This document shows positions 59,421 through 64,000 of a DNA stretch of 64,000 nt, in pieces. The stretch comes from an uncultured Prevotellaceae bacterium. GTDB lineage: Bacteria > Bacteroidota > Bacteroidia > Bacteroidales > Muribaculaceae. A program made the translations under genes and the position numbers. Where the stretch lies: assembly GCA_900318865.1 (NCBI GenBank), contig ONMF01000009.1, positions 25,042 through 89,041 of the forward strand. Direction: 5' to 3'. The notes beneath the pieces are model-generated. The model did not search any database and was not told the origin of the DNA. It saw only the letters and a program-made list of their open reading frames with translations. Numbering within the stretch: position 1 is the stretch's first letter; every line of letters starts with the position of its first letter.

Positions 59421-60633
59421 ACTGAGGCGACACCACGTTCAGATGCATGACTGACATACCAGGCATATCAGGATTGCCTGAAGCCTTGACGGTATAGGTG
59501 ACACCAGCCTCCAGATTGATCGTGAAATCCAAATTTGAACTGACGTTAAAATATCTGCTAATCAAATTTTCTCCCAGATATATTTCAATAGCGGGACGTA
59601 TTTCAGCATCGCCAGTTGTGTAGAACCTATAATCACCGCTCTCTGTAGGCGTGAATAAATAATCGAAGGAGTTACCATATGGAACGTCAATCACATTCTT
59701 GCCCACAGTGAGGGGGGGGAGTTCGAGTTTGGCGATGTTAAAGATCACGCCCTCGAGTACGTCTTCTACTTGAGCCATCGGCACGACGTAGTAAGTCTCA
59801 TTTGCCTCAAGCATGGCTCCTACCTTGACCGTTTCACCCGCAGGAGCATAACCAGAACCTTTAAGGTCGTTGTTTTTAAGAAGCAGTACTTGCGCTATGG
59901 CGCCGCAGTTCATCGAGAAAACGTAGGCTCCACTTTCTTCGGGCACAAAGGCATATTGTGTGCCATCGTAACTCAAATCTATCTCATTGTCGCCCATTTG
60001 GAGCGATGGCATCTCGTATGACCCGCTGATGACGACATCGGCTGCGGGCATGGTGAATGTGTAAACCATTCCAGATTCATCGACTGTCATGGCGACAGGC
60101 TGGCCGCCGCTGGTGGCCGTCAGACCAGAAATAGTCACTCCTGGACTCACCGTTAGTTTGACTTCTTGTCCCTCGTAGGCCACAACAGGCAGTGGTCCCA
60201 TCACATTTGAGAGTTCGGCACACTCGGGGTCGGGGATGATGATGTGGCCTGGGCGTATCACAACCTGGGCAGAAACACTTGTAGTTAATTCATTATTAGG
60301 TAACAGCCGCATGATATAGGTGGTGCCGGCGTAAAGCTTGTTCGGATAGCCACAGTGGCTGACGTGCGTCTGTAGGAGTGCATCCGGCTCGGACCAGGCA
60401 TAGTACAGAGAGTCGCTCCACAGGTTTAAAGCCATGGAATGCGATTCGGCGCATGTTGTGCTTATCACATAATAACCGGTCTCCTCGGGAGTGAACGACA
60501 GATAGCCCTTGTCACTGTCATTAGAGCCTAACTCAATTCCATTGTTCTCTCCCATTTGGAGCGGGATGAACTCTTGTGCCCACACCGTGGCGGTGGTGAG
60601 CAGTGCGAAAAGAAATAGTAATACTTTTTTCAT
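59014..60633 (-). CDS. Secreted modular surface protein A (three PPC-like beta-sandwich repeats, InlB-B-like repeats, T9SS-like tail)
   Basis: Signal peptide; repeated L..G.N.I...F.P.ESG.Y.F; GETVTLTVTPDDGYEL; YNLMGQPV...KGIVIEDGKK. Confidence 0.82.
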   Translation of the reverse strand: MKKVLLFLFALLTTATVWAQEFIPLQMGENNGIELGSNDSDKGYLSFTPEETGYYVISTTCAESHSMALNLWSDSLYYAWSEPDALLQTHVSHCGYPNKLYAGTTYIMRLLPNNELTTSVSAQVVIRPGHIIIPDPECAELSNVMGPLPVVAYEGQEVKLTVSPGVTISGLTATSGGQPVAMTVDESGMVYTFTMPAADVVISGSYEMPSLQMGDNEIDLSYDGTQYAFVPEESGAYVFSMNCGAIAQVLLLKNNDLKGSGYAPAGETVKVGAMLEANETYYVVPMAQVEDVLEGVIFNIAKLELPPLTVGKNVIDVPYGNSFDYLFTPTESGDYRFYTTGDAEIRPAIEIYLGENLISRYFNVSSNLDFTINLEAGVTYTVKASGNPDMPGMSVMHLNVVSPQFAISLPESFEHGTVECDKTTAAEGETVTLTVTPDDGYELENLTVTTVDGEPSGAPLRLRGGSLELTPGENGTYTFQMPAAPVAVTATFREAIATGVEDINVAPAKSGQRYNLMGQPVGKDYKGIVIEDGKKRVIK

Positions 60634-60673
60634 ACGCGTATGGTTTTAAAAGTGAATAAATGAGTTATACAAT

Positions 60674-60743
60674 CAAAGCGGCACACTCAAGCCGAAGCAT
60701 GAATGTGCCGTATGAGGTTGTTTATAAGAAACCAGTCCTACAA
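60674..60743 (-). promoter_or_regulatory. Conserved 70-nt 5' leader, copy 1
   Basis: Identical to 63251-63320, both 40 nt upstream of the ATG; contains a cUUCGg-capped hairpin. Confidence 0.75.
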
Positions 60744-60991
60744 AATCTGAGTGGCAATAATACACTAACAATCAAAGACTTATGCGTGTTATGCAAGTCA
60801 AATATCCTTTGGGCTGATATGTTAGCGATTGCAATCATTATCTTTATTACCCTTGTTTGAAATACAAATGTATAGCTAATATTTAACATGGCAATCACCA
60901 AACGGCTGAAATTTCAAGAAATCTACGAATTTTGCCGAATGAGAAGGGCTTTTGAGCCGCCAAAGTTCACGACACATCGGTTGGCGGTGTG

Positions 60992-61499
60992 ATGCGTAAA
61001 AGACAACGATTTGTGCCTTATCTCACAATCATGTTGAGCATCGCTCTAACTCGTTCACGTTCGGCAATGCTCATGCAAGCAAGGCGTTGCTCTCACTTAA
61101 TCACTCGTTTCTTGCCGTTCTCGATGACGATGCCCTTGTAATCCTTGCCTACGGGCTGGCCCATGAGGTTGTAACGCTGGCCGCGCTTGGCGGTAGCCAC
61201 GTTGATGTCCTCAACACCGGTAGCGATGGCCTCCCTGAAGGTGGCGGTCACTGCCACGGGAGCCGCCGGCATCTGGAAGGTGTAAGTGCCATTCTCACCA
61301 GGAGTGAGCTCCAATGAGCCGCCGCGCAGACGCAAGGGTGCACCGCTTGGCTCGACGTCAACAGTAGCCACGGTTAGCGTTTCCAACTCGTAGCCGTCGT
61401 CGGGGGTCACGGTCAGCGTCACGGTCTCACCCTCGGCGGCTTCAGTCTTGTCGCAAGTCACCGAGCCATTCTCAAACGATTCGGGCAGCGTAATAGCAA
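60992..61499. repeat. ~500-bp direct repeat, copy 2
   Basis: Near-identical to 58913-59420. Confidence 0.92.
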
Positions 61500-63210
61500 A
61501 TGGCTGATATTCTACGATGGGCATCATCTGGGGTGTGTCGGTGACCGGCGGCAGGGCGAGGAACGCCTCGTTCTGCGGCATCATGTCGCCCAAGTAGCGG
61601 TAGTAGCCCACACCGTAGTTGTTGCCCAGCAAGTAGAAGGTATGCTCTGGGTAGTTTACAGCTGTCCAGTTGGGGATGTATCTGGGGGCGTTCTCGGCGT
61701 GCAGCTCGTTAGCCCGCGTGTCGCTGCTTGTGTCGGTGGTGCGGTTCAGTTGCACGAAATTGTTGCTCTTGCCCGTCTTCAGCACCACCGCCGTTCCAGC
61801 ATTCACTATCTTGTCTTTCACCTCGGTCAACACCACCTTACCGTCTGCCACCGTGGCTTTATAGACCTTCGCCGCTCCCTGCGCCTTGAAGTTGGCGTAG
61901 TCGTTGTAGAACGTCGTCCAACTCGCGTCGTCCCAGTTATTCGTCCTTGGCTTCAATACCAGCGTCGTTGCGTCGGGAAAGGCTTGCGCTCCCATCGTTG
62001 GATTGCCGCTGATGGTGACCGAGTTCAGGGCGTTACATTCGTTGAATGCTTTATTCCCGATGCTCGTCAAGCTGCTCGGGAGGGTGATGCTTGTCAGGGC
62101 GTCACAATTGAAGAATGCCATCGTCCCGATGCTCGTCAGGCCAGACGGGAATGTGACGCTCGTCAGGGCGTAACAATTGAAGAAGGCTTCATTCCCAATG
62201 CTCGTCAGGCCAGACGGGAATGTGACGTTCGTCAAGTGGATGCAAGAATAGAAGGCGTTGTTGCCAATGCTCGTTACATTGGGCATCTTGAGGGTCTCAA
62301 GTTTGGTCCAGATGAATGCTCCGTCAGCGATGCTCGTGACGGAGGCAGGTAGTTCATCTTCCTTTATCTTTATGCCGCTGTTGTCCACGATATGGACATT
62401 CTTTAAAAATCTGCACTGATTGGCCGACGGTATCGTGCTGGCGTCATAGTCTTGGCTGAAGTATATCGTTCTGAGCTCGCTGAAATCTGAGAAGTTCATG
62501 CCCGTTATTCCTACCACTGCTGCGCCGTCGATGATGGCGGGGAAGGCTAATATGTCGCTTTTCGGTAAGCCAAAAGAAGAGAGTCCCGTGACGTGGCATT
62601 GAGAGCCGTCGCTGCTCTTCTGGATATCCCAACCTGGCGCAGCGTTGGATTCGCAGTGCATATAGATGTAGTCCCCACCGGCACCATCGTTCAGGTCGTA
62701 GCCCGTGGCTGCACTAAAGGTGTATATGCCACCGCTCTGCGTCGCGTTGAAGGTGATTTGGCTGACTGCTTCCATATTTTCCATTATTTCCGTGGTGTAG
62801 TAGAGGTGGATGTCGTCACCGCCGGCATTGCTGTTCAGGTCGCCCTTCTTCTGCTTGAAGTGGTCGCCGCCGTCATAGGGCACCAGCTTAAAGCGATGGC
62901 CGTAGGCGTCACGGGTGTCGGGGGCAGTGCCAGAGGCGTCGCTGATAAGGAAACGCGTGACGAAGGTGTGGTTGGGCGATGCCGTACTTCCCTCTTTGTA
63001 GAGCAGATAGATGTAGTCGCTCGACGAGCCGCAGCCCGCATTCAGGTCCTGGTCGATGACCGTCCAGCCTTGGTCAGTGTAGGTATCCTTAAGCTCGTCG
63101 GTCTCGGTTTTGGTGCCTCCTATGAGCATCACCTCGGCGATGTACTTCGGCTCGGCCCACATCGAGAGACTGGCGAGCACAGCCACAAGTAAGAGTATAA
63201 ACTTTTTCAT
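61093..63210 (-). CDS. Secreted modular surface protein B (MABP/beta-prism-like DLNxGAGGDYIY repeats, BspA-type LRRs, InlB-B-like repeat, T9SS-like tail)
   Basis: Signal peptide; DLNAGCGSSSDYIY, DLNSNAGGDDIH and DLNDGAGGDYIY; TFPSGLTSIG..AF..C LRRs; C-terminal ~135 aa about 90% identical to protein A. Confidence 0.85.
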   Translation of the reverse strand: MKKFILLLVAVLASLSMWAEPKYIAEVMLIGGTKTETDELKDTYTDQGWTVIDQDLNAGCGSSSDYIYLLYKEGSTASPNHTFVTRFLISDASGTAPDTRDAYGHRFKLVPYDGGDHFKQKKGDLNSNAGGDDIHLYYTTEIMENMEAVSQITFNATQSGGIYTFSAATGYDLNDGAGGDYIYMHCESNAAPGWDIQKSSDGSQCHVTGLSSFGLPKSDILAFPAIIDGAAVVGITGMNFSDFSELRTIYFSQDYDASTIPSANQCRFLKNVHIVDNSGIKIKEDELPASVTSIADGAFIWTKLETLKMPNVTSIGNNAFYSCIHLTNVTFPSGLTSIGNEAFFNCYALTSVTFPSGLTSIGTMAFFNCDALTSITLPSSLTSIGNKAFNECNALNSVTISGNPTMGAQAFPDATTLVLKPRTNNWDDASWTTFYNDYANFKAQGAAKVYKATVADGKVVLTEVKDKIVNAGTAVVLKTGKSNNFVQLNRTTDTSSDTRANELHAENAPRYIPNWTAVNYPEHTFYLLGNNYGVGYYRYLGDMMPQNEAFLALPPVTDTPQMMPIVEYQPFAITLPESFENGSVTCDKTEAAEGETVTLTVTPDDGYELETLTVATVDVEPSGAPLRLRGGSLELTPGENGTYTFQMPAAPVAVTATFREAIATGVEDINVATAKRGQRYNLMGQPVGKDYKGIVIENGKKRVIK
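62040..62270. repeat. 69-bp tandem repeats encoding 23-aa BspA LRRs
   Basis: CCC(G/A)ATGCTCGTCAGGCCAGACGGGAATGTGACG recurs with a 69-bp period. Confidence 0.85.
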
Positions 63211-63250
63211 AAGCGGTAAGTTTTATGAGTGAATAATAAATTTCACGAAG

Positions 63251-63320
63251 CAAAGCGGCACACTCAAGCCGAAGCATGAATGTGCCGTATGAGGTTGTTT
63301 ATAAGAAACCAGTCCTACAA
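63251..63320 (-). promoter_or_regulatory. Conserved 70-nt 5' leader, copy 2
   Basis: Identical to 60674-60743. Confidence 0.75.
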
Positions 63321-63432
63321 TTTTTGGTGGGGTAAATGCGCTGGTTGTCTGCAATTTATGTAAATCACCTAAGCCGCAGTCACATTGAATGGTATATTGA
63401 CAATCGCGCATCATAAAGCATTAAGATAGTTC

Positions 63433-63471
63433 TCAACTTGGTCTGTCCTTATCTTTAGATTGCTCTCTCAT
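63433..63471 (-). pseudogene. 12-codon stub of the cognate HepT/DUF86 toxin gene
   Basis: MREQSKDKDRPS* overlaps the nucleotidyltransferase 3' end, as DUF86 starts usually do. Confidence 0.55.
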
Positions 63472-63754
63472 AGATTAATTGTCTATCGTAGTTTGCGTCC
63501 TCAGCAATCAGTGGACGCATGGTGCCGTCTTCAACAAGATCAACATCTCGACCAAGCTTCTCCTTTAACTCTCTCCACATTCGGGCGTAAGCTAAAAGTC
63601 CGATTGCCGTACTATGGTCAAATTCAACAAGGATGTCTACATCACTGTCGGGGGTCTCCTCGCCACGAGCGAAAGACCCAAACAGCCATGCTTTCAAGAC
63701 AGGTTGTGTCTTGAAATACTCGGCGATTGTCGTTTTGATGTCTTGCGTACTCAT
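63455..63754 (-). CDS. Minimal nucleotidyltransferase (MntA-type antitoxin)
   Basis: KAWLFGSFARGEETPDSDVDILVEF and LGRDVDLVE. Confidence 0.9.
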   Translation of the reverse strand: MSTQDIKTTIAEYFKTQPVLKAWLFGSFARGEETPDSDVDILVEFDHSTAIGLLAYARMWRELKEKLGRDVDLVEDGTMRPLIAEDANYDRQLIYERAI

Positions 63755-63871
63755 AAGCCAAAACCTAATATATCATAATGCAAAGATAAATAAATTTTCC
63801 AAATGGTAATCGAAATAGCCTAAAAATATTGAGGCTATTCCGATTTTTGACTGACTTTTGGTCAATGCCAA

Positions 63872-64000
63872 TCATGACAGCGACTTGTCGATGATGGTGG
63901 GCACCATATCGACATCCTCCTTGAACACCTTGCCCGAGTCCACCTGACCCTTTAGCCGTTCGAGCGTAGGCGAGAAAAACGCCGCCGAGGCGTTCAAGTG
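63872..64000 (-). CDS. C-terminal end of an unknown CDS (5' part outside window)
   Basis: Open frame HLNASAAFFSPTLERLKGQVDSGKVFKEDVDMVPTIIDKSLS* with GC-rich codon usage. Confidence 0.55.
   Translation of the reverse strand, partial: HLNASAAFFSPTLERLKGQVDSGKVFKEDVDMVPTIIDKSLS

Larger units (their letters stand above)
50551..64000. mobile_element. tRNA-Leu-associated genomic island, probably a decayed prophage continuing past the window
   Basis: Abrupt AT-rich shift after the tRNA, mosaic composition, holin and other gene stubs, and co-oriented cargo genes. No integrase or att duplication seen in the window. Confidence 0.7.

Noticed and set aside
60961-61005. A fifth full copy of the island promoter motif
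   Set aside because: The TGTCTTTT box is present through duplication, but the -7-like box lies 29 nt away rather than 20; counted only as a half-site.
58913-63320. CRISPR array, DGR template/variable repeat pair, or integron attC array
   Set aside because: The repeats are not regularly spaced with unique spacers. The paired copies lack adenine-specific mismatch bias and no reverse transcriptase is present. There are no GTTRRRY/RYYYAAC attC boxes or integrase.
50540-64000. attL/attR duplication of the tRNA-Leu or tRNA-Gly 3' end, and an integrase
   Set aside because: Neither was found in the window; the island's right boundary probably lies beyond 64000.

Overview
Bacteroidales (Prevotella/Muribaculaceae-like) chromosomal window with two parts. 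Bases 1-50550 are GC-rich core genome: dxs (partial)-trkA-trkH, ftsK-lolA-trxB, rsfS-ftsH, a six-gene glycine-cleavage operon (lplA-gcvT-gcvH-gcvPA-gcvPB-lpdA), secreted enzymes with dockerin or T9SS-like tails, ygiQ, serine palmitoyltransferase, thrS-infC-rpmI-rplT, a TMEM43-like gene, a roughly 240-nt Bacteroidales-1/6S-like ncRNA, a GH16 glucanase module with unnamed repeat domains, tpiA, psuK-psuG, folE, tRNA-Gly and tRNA-Leu. From the tRNA-Leu 3' end (50551) to the window end is a compositionally mosaic island that looks like a decayed prophage. Intact cargo genes there, all on the minus strand (DUF1848, an ECF sigma/anti-sigma/beta-barrel module, DUF3667, two modular surface proteins, a nucleotidyltransferase), alternate with short stubs of mobile-element genes. 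A fixed-spacing TGTCTTTT-N20-TANNTTTG-like promoter motif recurs four times between them. A short palindromic repeat family is present, including one copy inserted into an ORF with a 6-bp duplication. All product calls come from reading motifs in the translations; no database search was run.
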